Below are positions 9,170 to 18,187 of a stretch of 64,000 nucleotides of DNA, one piece after another. The notes beneath the pieces were generated by a model. The model worked only from the letters and a program-made list of their open reading frames with translations, did no database searches and was not told the DNA's origin. Numbering within the stretch: position 1 is the first letter of the stretch; the number at the start of each line of letters is the position of its first letter. Both the position numbers and the translations under genes were made by a program. Location of the stretch: the NCBI GenBank assembly GCA_001856825.1, contig ATMD01000001.1:389078-453077 (forward strand). Direction: 5' to 3'. This DNA is from Thermoplasmatales archaeon I-plasma (lineage in GTDB: Archaea > Thermoplasmatota > Thermoplasmata > Thermoplasmatales > GCA-001856825).

Positions 9170-10138
9170 ATGGGAAGGAACTCGGTTTTAGAAGTTTGCA
9201 AAGTGTGCGGAAGACAGGCCAAGAAGATAAACTACTCATCAAGAGCAAAAGGAAGGACCTACCGATATTATAAATTCGTTCATCAGAATGGAGTGACGCA
9301 CTATTTTAGAATAAGTGATGACCTAATCTCACAAAATGCACATTTAATTGAACCTAGTACATCCTACCTTGGCTTACTTGAAGACATATTGAATAAGAGT
9401 GTGCCCGGGAAGGGATTAACTTTCTCAGAAATTAAATCTGCACTCGATGAAAGGTATGGACGATTGGTTAGCACTGCCACTGTTTACAGAAATATTAATA
9501 AAATGCTGAAACTTGATTTGATAATCAAGCAGGAAGATGGAAATAAGATACTTTATAGTAAGAAAACTCAGTCAAATTCTACAGAAGGTACTATAATAGT
9601 TAGTATGTCAATAGGTTTTGATTTTACAGAAGGAACGGTATTTGTGACCCAATTTATTCACATTAATAATCTTGGGCTTCAGTTGATTAATAATTTTCCT
9701 GTATCTCTGCCGGTAGGAGTGATTGATTCTCCAGGCCAAATTAGCTTGATTGCATTTGACAGTATTAGAAAAATTCCTCTCAAAAAGGAATGTATTACAT
9801 ATTCCTATGCCGACCAAACAGGAATTTTAATTACCCTAAATAAGGCATTACGAAAGTCTGAAGAAGAAACAATTTTTCTACATTATAGTTTAAATTCAGA
9901 AGAAAGGCCTATTAACATTTTCGTGCCGTCTGATTTCAAATCTATAAAAGTTAATTGCGAAATCGATAAGGGGAAGGATATTTTGATAAAGAAAAAATTG
10001 GGAGATGGACTTAAAGAAATAGAACCGGTGCTTGTGAGAAGAACCGGAACAGATTTAGGGCACGTTATTGTGGAAGCAGAGTTCGAGAACACTTTCAGAG
10101 GGGACACTCTAGTCATAGCACATGGCAAATCTATGTAG
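9170..10138 (+). CDS. Paralogous Zn-finger/winged-helix/beta-domain protein
   Basis: CKVC...YRYYKFVHQNGVTHY; ATVYRNINKMLKLDLIIKQEDGNKILY (Fur/ArsR-like wHTH); same architecture as 8154-9110; alternative GTG start at 9161. Confidence 0.75.
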   Translation: MGRNSVLEVCKVCGRQAKKINYSSRAKGRTYRYYKFVHQNGVTHYFRISDDLISQNAHLIEPSTSYLGLLEDILNKSVPGKGLTFSEIKSALDERYGRLVSTATVYRNINKMLKLDLIIKQEDGNKILYSKKTQSNSTEGTIIVSMSIGFDFTEGTVFVTQFIHINNLGLQLINNFPVSLPVGVIDSPGQISLIAFDSIRKIPLKKECITYSYADQTGILITLNKALRKSEEETIFLHYSLNSEERPINIFVPSDFKSIKVNCEIDKGKDILIKKKLGDGLKEIEPVLVRRTGTDLGHVIVEAEFENTFRGDTLVIAHGKSM

Positions 10139-10167
10139 CAATTAAAGTCAATGACACTTATAATAAG

Positions 10168-10242
10168 CGCCCGAGCTGGGATTCGAACCCAGGTCTGAGG
10201 CTCCGCAGGCCTCTAGGATAATCCAAACTACCCCACTCGGGC
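10168..10242 (-). tRNA. tRNA-Arg(GCG)
   Basis: Cloverleaf GCCCGAG...CTCGGGCG, anticodon arm GAGGC-CT-GCG-GA-GCCTC, TTCGAAT loop; no intron or CCA. Confidence 0.97.
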
Positions 10243-10437
10243 TTATAGGCTTTCAGAAACTCTCTCTAGAAAGATTATAGATTCTAGAAATTCATTTAAA
10301 GTCTTTCTAACATCGTTCGCATTGCCATTCACGGAACACATGAACCCATTCCTCGTCTTCCTGCAACTTATGTACTTGCTGTGGTCCGCCTTTAAGGCCC
10401 GGATTATGTTGTCAGATCCGGCACCACTAATTTTCAA
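10243..10437 (-). CDS. KEOPS complex subunit Pcc1-like small protein
   Basis: 64 aa; I.RALK.D and VRKTLNEFLESI resemble the Pcc1 pattern (LRAxxNSxL). Confidence 0.55.
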   Translation of the reverse strand: MKISGAGSDNIIRALKADHSKYISCRKTRNGFMCSVNGNANDVRKTLNEFLESIIFLERVSESL

Positions 10438-10444
10438 TTTTGCC

Positions 10445-11365
10445 TCAATTTCCAGGCTTCCCAGCTCCTATCACTCTCGGACTTGAATTCAGGGAAGTTA
10501 TAGAGAATATTTCATCAATAATTGGTACTTTCTTGTCGACATCTATCAAGTATTTACCTTCTGAAATGTCTGATATTTCTGCATTTATATTATTGAACAG
10601 GAAATTCAGTTGTATTTTTTCACCAACAGTTGGAGCGACCTTTACATTCGGGTTGGTTCTTACATTAAGTTGTATGCTCTCAGCAAATTCTTTCCCTTCC
10701 TGTGAATAGAGAATTGTTCCTTTGGGGACGTCTTCAACTTCTGCGCTCCTGTAAGCAAGTCCAACCCGTGAAAATGGGCTAGCAGTATCCATATCTACGT
10801 CCATTATCTGGATGCTCTTTATATCGACGCTCTTTCCAGAGGGGTAAGCTTTCATTATCATGTGCTTCTTTATTTGGCCTCCAATAACAAATCCTAGGCT
10901 TACCGTCCCAACTCCCTTTACCTGGAAGCTCTGGTCCAGCACAACCATATTATCTTGCTTAGCAGTCCCGACTGGAATCTGTGCAAACTTTTCCAAATCC
11001 TCATACTTTGGATTTAGGGGATAGACTGATATTCCCATTCCGCTCGTTATTTTCTTTATTTGTGCTACCACGGCTTGGTCAGCAACAACACCTAGTGTTG
11101 TTATCCTGTGGTAATCAAGTGTTAGCAGGAATTCCCCTATGCTCTTGTCAAGTTCTCCCACGGTCAGAATAGCCTTGTTTGCAACAGATGCCGCATTAAG
11201 CAAGGTTTGGATTCTTTCAGGAAATTTGAATGGGTAAAGAAAGGTTATTTCATCCCCGGAAATCTTCGTGTTGTAATACCTGATATCTGTCTCGGACCCC
11301 TTTTTTGCAAGGTCCTTCAGTATTTCTTCATCTCCGAAGAACAGGATAGTCTGGTTCACCATCAA
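10445..11365 (-). CDS. Archaeal SelB-like (EF-Tu domain II/III) protein with degenerate G domain
   Basis: LAKKGSETDI, P.KFPERIQ, DQSFQVKGVGTVSLG, IKSIQ, RVGLA; no GxxxxGK[ST] P-loop. Confidence 0.85.
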   Translation of the reverse strand: MMVNQTILFFGDEEILKDLAKKGSETDIRYYNTKISGDEITFLYPFKFPERIQTLLNAASVANKAILTVGELDKSIGEFLLTLDYHRITTLGVVADQAVVAQIKKITSGMGISVYPLNPKYEDLEKFAQIPVGTAKQDNMVVLDQSFQVKGVGTVSLGFVIGGQIKKHMIMKAYPSGKSVDIKSIQIMDVDMDTASPFSRVGLAYRSAEVEDVPKGTILYSQEGKEFAESIQLNVRTNPNVKVAPTVGEKIQLNFLFNNINAEISDISEGKYLIDVDKKVPIIDEIFSITSLNSSPRVIGAGKPGN

Positions 11366-11421
11366 TGATTGACTGCTTTTATAAAAAGTGTTTTGATTCT
11401 GCAGATAAACTGATTGGAATT

Positions 11422-11805
11422 TCAGATGGACTTGTTCGTGATATGTTCTTCCTTCTCCTTGTCTGGAAGAGAGTGGACAAACTGAATTATTTCTCTTATG
11501 GAGTCCATAGCAGGCTCAAGAATTCTTGACTGGTTTACCAGGTATTTTCTTCCTTCATTGCTTATCTCGTAATATTTTCTTTTGCTATCCTTCTCCTGTC
11601 CGGTCCTCTTATGAATGAGCCCCCTAATCTCGAGGTTTCTAAGAACTGAATAAATTTCACCATTAGAGAGCTTTTGACCGAGGCACCTGTTCACTTCCTT
11701 CTCTAGGACGTAGCCGTAGTTAGGTCCATTCCAGAGATTGCGCAATATTACAAGGGAAATTATCCCCTTGAATGTCCTGCCTCTCCTCTCTACTATCATC
11801 CGCAC
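11422..11805 (-). CDS. PadR family transcriptional regulator
   Basis: YGY.L, GEIYSVLRNLE, RKYYEISNEG. Confidence 0.9.
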   Translation of the reverse strand: MRMIVERRGRTFKGIISLVILRNLWNGPNYGYVLEKEVNRCLGQKLSNGEIYSVLRNLEIRGLIHKRTGQEKDSKRKYYEISNEGRKYLVNQSRILEPAMDSIREIIQFVHSLPDKEKEEHITNKSI

Positions 11806-11856
11806 TTAGAACTCAATTATCTGTTGTATTTAAGCTTGAATTGTTAAAGCGGACAG

Positions 11857-12609
11857 TTATATCTCCCGCCACCTTGACCTTTTCAGGGCCAGGTACGTCA
11901 GGACAGTTGTTATGGCTATGAGCACTAACCAGGCAGTCGCAAATCCTGAGGTACTCAGGGCGTAGTAACCTGTCTGGCTTTGAGCAATCTCAGATGCGTA
12001 AGTGGTTGGAGACAGGTATGCCAAATACCTGAAAGGGTAGGGGATGTAACTGATTGGGTAATAAACAGGAGGAATGGTGGTAAGCAATGGAGATAGAATA
12101 CCGGAGAACCCCCACGACTGGATTATGTCAGATGTGAAAGTGGAGAGGAAGAAGCCGAGTGAAATGGAGAATGTGAATATGGTCGCCATATCTAGGAAAA
12201 GAATGAATGCGCCGAGAACTGTGATCTTGACGAAGATGATGTTCAGTATAATGAGGAAGGCCAACGTGGGTATTGAATAGACGATCTCAGATATCGCCAT
12301 TCCTATTATGTATATGAAAGAAGACGTTGGCGAGCTCACTATCATGTCCTGAAGCCTCATATCATTCTTGAGATGTGAAAGGTCCTGCTGAAGTGATGTG
12401 CCGCTGGATACCATGTTCATGATGAGCGCTCCTACTGCAGCCACAGGTAGCAACGTTCCCTTGCTTGCAAACGTCACGACTGCAAGTATTGCTAGAGGTG
12501 CCAGGAGTGTATTGATGAGTACCACCGGGTAGTTTATCATAGCATAAATGGAATTCACCAGAATGGAGGCCATTATCTGGCTACCAATCTTCCTCTTCAT
12601 TTTCCTCAT
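11857..12609 (-). CDS. ABC-2 type exporter permease
   Basis: About six TM helices, PPVYYPI...PTTY motif; start uncertain (12609 or 12600). Confidence 0.85.
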   Translation of the reverse strand: MRKMKRKIGSQIMASILVNSIYAMINYPVVLINTLLAPLAILAVVTFASKGTLLPVAAVGALIMNMVSSGTSLQQDLSHLKNDMRLQDMIVSSPTSSFIYIIGMAISEIVYSIPTLAFLIILNIIFVKITVLGAFILFLDMATIFTFSISLGFFLSTFTSDIIQSWGFSGILSPLLTTIPPVYYPISYIPYPFRYLAYLSPTTYASEIAQSQTGYYALSTSGFATAWLVLIAITTVLTYLALKRSRWREI

Positions 12610-13498
12610 CCTCCGCACTGCCCAGGTACTGCTCAAATATGTTGCTGAGGGATGCTTCCTCAACAGTAAATTTCATCTTGTTGGTGACTAAATAAGGGAT
12701 CAGCCCATATATCTTGGATGCGGACCCGTAAACAAAAGTCTCTCTTTCAGAAACGGGGTGGACCTGTACGTCATCGTCCTCCAATTTGAAATTTTCCGCA
12801 TAGACCTTGAGCACGTACGGTAGTTTGACCTTGTTTCTCAGGTTGTCTATAGTCCCTAAGTCCACGAGCTTTCCGTGATCAATGATCATAATCTGATCCC
12901 CTAGTATCTCTGCCTCTTCGAGATAATGAGTTGTGAGAATTATGAGACGGTCCTTCTTCATCCTTGATAGAAGCTGCCAGAGCTCCTTTCTCGAAAGGTA
13001 ATCCAACCCTGTTGTAGGCTCATCAAGGAAAACTATGTGTGCTTCACTAGATATGACTGTCGCAGCCATCAGTTTGCGTTTCTGCCCCCCAGAAAGTTTC
13101 CTGCTCTTCTCGTTTTCCTTGCCTTCCAGGCCAAGTTCCCGCAAGGCTTCCTTCCCCTTCTCGTTTGCCTCCCTATAAGAGTATCCCCTCCACATAAGGT
13201 AGGAGCTTACAGTCTGTAAGGGCGTCAACCATGGCAATGGTCTTGCTTCCTGCGGTACAACTGCAATATCCTGCCGAACTGCATCTGCCTGGTCTACAAC
13301 GTCCATTTCGTTAATGTACCCTCTCCCTGAAGTCGGCAATAATTCTGTGGACATAATCCGGACGAATGTTGTCTTCCCAGCACCATTCCTCCCTATGACC
13401 GAAAATATCCCGTTCATGTTTACGTCTATTGAAAGACTCTCCAGAGCCCTGTGCTTCCTATCGTACGTCTTCGAGAGTTCTTCAGTCCGAATTCTCAT
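12581..13498 (-). CDS. ABC transporter ATP-binding protein
   Basis: GRNGAGKTT, LSGGQ, FLDEPTTGLD, TTHY. Confidence 0.93.
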   Translation of the reverse strand: MRIRTEELSKTYDRKHRALESLSIDVNMNGIFSVIGRNGAGKTTFVRIMSTELLPTSGRGYINEMDVVDQADAVRQDIAVVPQEARPLPWLTPLQTVSSYLMWRGYSYREANEKGKEALRELGLEGKENEKSRKLSGGQKRKLMAATVISSEAHIVFLDEPTTGLDYLSRKELWQLLSRMKKDRLIILTTHYLEEAEILGDQIMIIDHGKLVDLGTIDNLRNKVKLPYVLKVYAENFKLEDDDVQVHPVSERETFVYGSASKIYGLIPYLVTNKMKFTVEEASLSNIFEQYLGSAEDEENEEEDW

Positions 13499-13530
13499 GC
13501 TCAGTCTCTTTTGCCTCTTTAGTTGCAGCA

Positions 13531-14394
13531 CTAACCCTGCTTCTTTACGACCCCTGGGAATGCCAGTATCCTGTCTACTATATTTCTAAAACTCTTTGAG
13601 CTGTTGCTCTCAGGGTGGGAGACAACCATCGGTGTCCCATCGTCCCCGTCCTCGACTACTGTTGATTCCATTGGAATCGATCCCAGGAAATTAATTCCGA
13701 ATTCCTTCGATATCTTTTCCCCTGTTCCGCTTTTGAAGATGTATGTTGTCTTACCGCAGTAGGGGCAGACGAAGCCGCTCATGTTTTCTATCAGCCCAAT
13801 AACTGGTGCATTGAGCTGCTTCGCGAAGTTTATCGCCTTCTTAACATCCAGCATTGCAACCTCTTGCGGTGTTCCAACTATGACAAATCCCGTGATCTTC
13901 GGAATGATCTGGATTATGGAAAGGGGCTCGTCACCAGTACCGGGAGGGAGGTCGAAAATCAGGAAATCAAGAGTTCCCCAGGCTATATCCTTTATGAACT
14001 GTTCAATCATCTTGTGCTTGAGTGCACCACGCCAGATGACAGGGGTATCCCTTGACGGAAGGAAATACTCAATAGAGATTACCTTAAGGTTATTGCTGTA
14101 CCTCACGGGGACTATCTTCTTGTCTTCATCCATAACAGGCTTGTCGTCAACCAGCCCAAGCATTTGTGGTATGTCAGGACCGTGCATGTCTGCATCAACC
14201 AGGCCCACCTGGAATCCCCTTTGGGAAAGTTCAACTGCAAGGTTAGCTGATACTGTTGACTTTCCTACGCCCCCTTTGCCACTCATCACAACTACAACAT
14301 TGCTGATGTTCTTGATTGTCTCATTTTCAGGACTTAACTTGAAATCGACTGGGGGTCGTGGAGGAGGTTGGTTAACTTTTATATTTCCAGGCAC
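13531..14394 (-). CDS. mrp: Mrp/NBP35 (ApbC) Fe-S cluster carrier ATPase
   Basis: SGKGGVGKSTV, DLPPGTGDE, ENMSGFVCPYC. Confidence 0.93.
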   Translation of the reverse strand: MPGNIKVNQPPPRPPVDFKLSPENETIKNISNVVVVMSGKGGVGKSTVSANLAVELSQRGFQVGLVDADMHGPDIPQMLGLVDDKPVMDEDKKIVPVRYSNNLKVISIEYFLPSRDTPVIWRGALKHKMIEQFIKDIAWGTLDFLIFDLPPGTGDEPLSIIQIIPKITGFVIVGTPQEVAMLDVKKAINFAKQLNAPVIGLIENMSGFVCPYCGKTTYIFKSGTGEKISKEFGINFLGSIPMESTVVEDGDDGTPMVVSHPESNSSKSFRNIVDRILAFPGVVKKQG

Positions 14395-14497
14395 AATATC
14401 ACCTTCACCGTTATCTGCGCAATGAATAATAACTCTTCTCAGACTGATTCGAATTTTGTATCAAACAGCTTTAATATGGAAGTATAATCTAAAATAT

Positions 14498-15979
14498 ATG
14501 AAGTACCCTGCCGTTGCCATATTGCTAGCGATAATGGTAATGGGCTCTACCATGGCTTTTGCAAGCGCAGCACAGGGGAATCAAAGTTCGGGATATGGTG
14601 TTTACAATTTCGATCAGAACGGTATCTCAAATTTCACTGTCCATGTTAATAATCAGTTTATCGAGGTATTCAGGTACTTCAATATATCCGGTCCAACCCA
14701 GTTCCTTAATATGCCAAATATTAACGAGAATAAGATGGTACCTATTTACTGGCATGGATTCGGCAACGTTTCCATAGTTCCAGCGGTTCAATTCTCGGGT
14801 GCCGGATCATTTAATTATTCTTCATTTCAACTGCAGTACGTCTATCTCCATAGCACTAATTATCTGGGTATGATTCTAACAACGGGCACGATCTCAGAAT
14901 CCGGGGGGGAAATTATAATAAAGGCCATCAGTCCCCTCGTAGAAAATTCTGTAGAGCTCATTAATTCCCCTTTGTCAGATTATAACTTTACACAGGGAAG
15001 TTACAAGGTAAGTGGACATTCTTATCTGGGAAACTACTCCAGTTTCTCCTACGTTGGAAGCCTAAGTGACTACGCTTTAGTCAACAGAGAGGCGTCAGTT
15101 CAAGTGATATCTAGCATCTCTAGTCCCAATGGTCTTTACTTCTCGATGAATACTGCGGGCTTGTCAACTCCAGATGAAAATGGCATTTTTGTATCTGACG
15201 GTCTGTTCCCTATCATTTACGTGAACGGATTTGATACATCAATAAACGTCACTCTTTCGAACGGATTCCAGTTCGGAACTTCCGGTGAAAGAGTACAGAA
15301 CGGGGGTGATGGGAATGGAAATAATGCACCAAGAGAAGATCGCTCAGGTATTGGTTCAATACAAATGCCTGAGGAGCACATATTCAAGATCATGAACGGT
15401 CACAGGACCGTGGGTTACATCGATGTTTATGGCAGTACAACGATCAACAACACAACTCTTACAGTCAATTCCCCTCTGAGCTTTGTCATAGTGAGATTCC
15501 TGCCGTCATTTCAGTCCGCTGGGGTCGCAAATCACAGCAATGATGACCTGGAGAACGCAACCACCGAGATTTATGTGGATAATGAGGCATACTTTGTTCC
15601 TTTTTCCCCGAATGTAACCTCTCAGAACCTGTCATTCAGCCAGAACACGTTGAGCTTCGATTTCATTCAGAATGGAACCCAGAACTTCGTGATTGTTATT
15701 CAGGGTAACTTTAACGTATCAGCCTTCTCCTTCCACGGACCAGGACAGAACAATTCTCATTACTCAGTTACCAAAACGTCAAATCAGACGATAATTTCAT
15801 TCACCACAAATGGAAGCGGGCAGGGCTCGCTAGCTCTCTCAGTGACGCCAGGGCTTGTCCAATCAAGTAGCCTTCCCCTTATTGTATTGGTAATATCGGC
15901 AACCATGATTGTAGTTGTTTCCGGTTCCCTTATAATTTACTCCAGGAAGAGATGGATAAGGGAGCTTGAAAAAGAATAA
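14498..15979 (+). CDS. Secreted, C-terminally membrane-anchored surface glycoprotein of unknown function
   Basis: Signal peptide MKYPAVAILLAIMVMGSTMAFA, S/N/G-rich beta content, many NxS/T sequons, C-terminal TM followed by RKR. Confidence 0.8.
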   Translation: MKYPAVAILLAIMVMGSTMAFASAAQGNQSSGYGVYNFDQNGISNFTVHVNNQFIEVFRYFNISGPTQFLNMPNINENKMVPIYWHGFGNVSIVPAVQFSGAGSFNYSSFQLQYVYLHSTNYLGMILTTGTISESGGEIIIKAISPLVENSVELINSPLSDYNFTQGSYKVSGHSYLGNYSSFSYVGSLSDYALVNREASVQVISSISSPNGLYFSMNTAGLSTPDENGIFVSDGLFPIIYVNGFDTSINVTLSNGFQFGTSGERVQNGGDGNGNNAPREDRSGIGSIQMPEEHIFKIMNGHRTVGYIDVYGSTTINNTTLTVNSPLSFVIVRFLPSFQSAGVANHSNDDLENATTEIYVDNEAYFVPFSPNVTSQNLSFSQNTLSFDFIQNGTQNFVIVIQGNFNVSAFSFHGPGQNNSHYSVTKTSNQTIISFTTNGSGQGSLALSVTPGLVQSSSLPLIVLVISATMIVVVSGSLIIYSRKRWIRELEKE

Positions 15980-16002
15980 TTAGGTATTATCCCTGAGGTA
16001 TT

Positions 16003-16290
16003 ATGGACGTTTACAAGATACCTGTAGCCAAGAAACCTGATATGGAGAAGATACTGTCTATGGACCAGGTGTTTAGGCTATCAATAACAATCAAGGATTC
16101 TTCCATACTTGGAGAGGAAGGATTTCAGTACCTGATACTCGAAGGGACGGAAGACAGACTGAAGGTGGCAAGGGAAGAACTGTCAAAAATATCTGAAAAA
16201 TTGGATCCAGATAAAGCGAGGAAGGTACAGGAACTAATTGAGAAGGAGAGACAGAACGTTAACGACAGCTTCGGCTCCATTTTTGGTTAG
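16003..16290 (+). CDS. Small conserved-type archaeal hypothetical protein
   Basis: RBS GAGGT; charged 95 aa ending FGSIFG; abuts the next gene. Confidence 0.75.
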   Translation: MDVYKIPVAKKPDMEKILSMDQVFRLSITIKDSSILGEEGFQYLILEGTEDRLKVAREELSKISEKLDPDKARKVQELIEKERQNVNDSFGSIFG

Positions 16291-16896
16291 ATGTTTATCA
16301 TCCTTGCAGATGCGGAACTTGAACTTGTGCCAGAAGAGATGAAAGGGGAAGATGAAATAAGGTCGATACTTAAAGCACACGGGAAGGAAAACACACTACT
16401 GGATAACAGCAAGATGAGGTCATCAATCGCTAAACACTATCCTAAGTACATCAACAGGATGGGCTTCCCTCACATAGCATACATATTCACGAGACTTAAT
16501 GAGGAGTCAATCTTGAATGAAACAATCAAACTGGATTATGCAATTCACACAAAACATGACGTGATCATAGAGAAAGGTGACCTCGCAGGTATCGGGGCTG
16601 GATATACCGAATTCGCAGAAAGGGTGGAGATGTTGCTTCAGAAGAAAACAGTGAAGAGGAAACTAGTTGAATATGTGGAGGAGATAGGGACTCCCGGGAA
16701 TACAGTTGTTCTACACCCTAATGGAAAATCTGGGCTAGTTGTTAACGATCAATTCAATTACATCATAGGAGGTTTCCCAGAGGGGGACTTCAGGTCCAAT
16801 CTCCTGACATTGAGGAAATTCGCAATTCACGACAAGGAAATTACCGTGCCAAGCGTACTGGAGCTGCTGCATTTCAAGCTTTTTGAGACATTATAA
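16291..16896 (+). CDS. Nep1/Emg1-like SPOUT RNA methyltransferase (divergent)
   Basis: IILADAELELVP, LLD, IHT, IIGGFPEGDF SAM-binding knot. Confidence 0.7.
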   Translation: MFIILADAELELVPEEMKGEDEIRSILKAHGKENTLLDNSKMRSSIAKHYPKYINRMGFPHIAYIFTRLNEESILNETIKLDYAIHTKHDVIIEKGDLAGIGAGYTEFAERVEMLLQKKTVKRKLVEYVEEIGTPGNTVVLHPNGKSGLVVNDQFNYIIGGFPEGDFRSNLLTLRKFAIHDKEITVPSVLELLHFKLFETL

Positions 16897-18187
16897 TCTT
16901 CATAGCCCTCTTTTTCCTTTCAATTGATTTCCCAGTTCCAATATCGTTTCTCATCTCATATTCCCCCTTTATCAGTGATGATATATTTGAGAATCTGCTG
17001 TTGACTTCTTCAATGTCACTGCCTTCAGACATCAAGGCAACCGACCGGGAGGTCGTCTGTCTAATCCTATTGCCATCTTGATTAACAGAAGCATAGAAAA
17101 TCCTCAGCCCCTTCACCATTACCTTCTCCTCATCAATCTCTAGTACTGAAGGAGCGGGTTTGGTTCCATATCCCCTCGGAACAAGATACCTTATCACGTT
17201 TATCCTATCCCTTAGCTCCGGTTTGATTTGCAACCCGAGAAGCATTCCTGCTGCAACCTCCATAATAGAAGTTTCCATCAGTGATAGGACGTTCATCGCC
17301 TCAGGATCCCCAAGTCTCGCATTTATTTCAAGCAGTTTGGGACCGTCGTGAGTGGCTATAAAACCCCCGTAAATTGGGCCTACATAGCTCGTCACTTTCC
17401 TGTTGAACTTCCTTACTAGATCCTCAAGTATATCTTTAGCCTTATCTACTATTCCCTTGTCTATAAATGGCAGCCCTCTTTCTGAGAAGCATACTGATCC
17501 CATGCCACCAGTGTTCGGGCCTCTGTCACCTTCGAACGCCCTCTTATAATCTTGGACGATTGGCAGGAAGGAAATCCTTGACCCCTTAACAAACCCCTGA
17601 AGGCTGAACTCCTCGCCGACCACCTTCTTCTCCACCAACAGTTTTGCCTTTCCTGTTGCAAGATATTCCCTTGCAATCCCGATGCCTTCTTCCCTTGATT
17701 TGAAATGCACACCCTGAACAACCACCCCCTTGCCTCCAGTGAGCCCGTCTGGCTTAAGGACAAAATCATAGTCTATGTCTCTTATGAATCGTTCTGCCTT
17801 ATCAGGATCAGAGAAGGGCGTGCTCTCAATATTCCCCTTCACTTGATTTTCAGACATGAACTTCCTGCAGAATGCCTTTGAAGTCTCTAGTTTTGCTGCT
17901 TCCGAAGATGGGGCGAACACTTTGAATCCATTGTCCAGCAGGATGTCTGAAACGCCGTGAGCTACAGGCGATTCCGGCCCTATGAACACATAATCTGGCT
18001 TCAGTTTAGTTGCGTTGCGTAGTACCCATTTTCCATTATTCTCGTCGCCAATTATCACTTTCTTGGCAATCCTCATCAATCCTGGATTCTCGTTTGGTGA
18101 TATGACTGCAAGCTCAGTCCCTGACTTGACTATAGAGAGCCCTATCGCGTGTTCTCTTCCTCCACCGCCAATCAGCAGTGCCCTCAA
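16874..18187 (-). CDS. purD: Phosphoribosylamine--glycine ligase
   Basis: GGGGREHA, GPE.P, KPDGLTGGKGV, QDYKR...GPNTGGMG, E.NARLGDPE. Confidence 0.95.
   Translation of the reverse strand: MRALLIGGGGREHAIGLSIVKSGTELAVISPNENPGLMRIAKKVIIGDENNGKWVLRNATKLKPDYVFIGPESPVAHGVSDILLDNGFKVFAPSSEAAKLETSKAFCRKFMSENQVKGNIESTPFSDPDKAERFIRDIDYDFVLKPDGLTGGKGVVVQGVHFKSREEGIGIAREYLATGKAKLLVEKKVVGEEFSLQGFVKGSRISFLPIVQDYKRAFEGDRGPNTGGMGSVCFSERGLPFIDKGIVDKAKDILEDLVRKFNRKVTSYVGPIYGGFIATHDGPKLLEINARLGDPEAMNVLSLMETSIMEVAAGMLLGLQIKPELRDRINVIRYLVPRGYGTKPAPSVLEIDEEKVMVKGLRIFYASVNQDGNRIRQTTSRSVALMSEGSDIEEVNSRFSNISSLIKGEYEMRNDIGTGKSIERKKRAMKIIMSQKA

Noticed and set aside
6924-10242. Intact integrative element or provirus at tRNA-Arg(GCG)
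   Set aside because: No integrase and no duplicated tRNA 3' end (att site) found by eye at the left border; reported only as an island-like cassette
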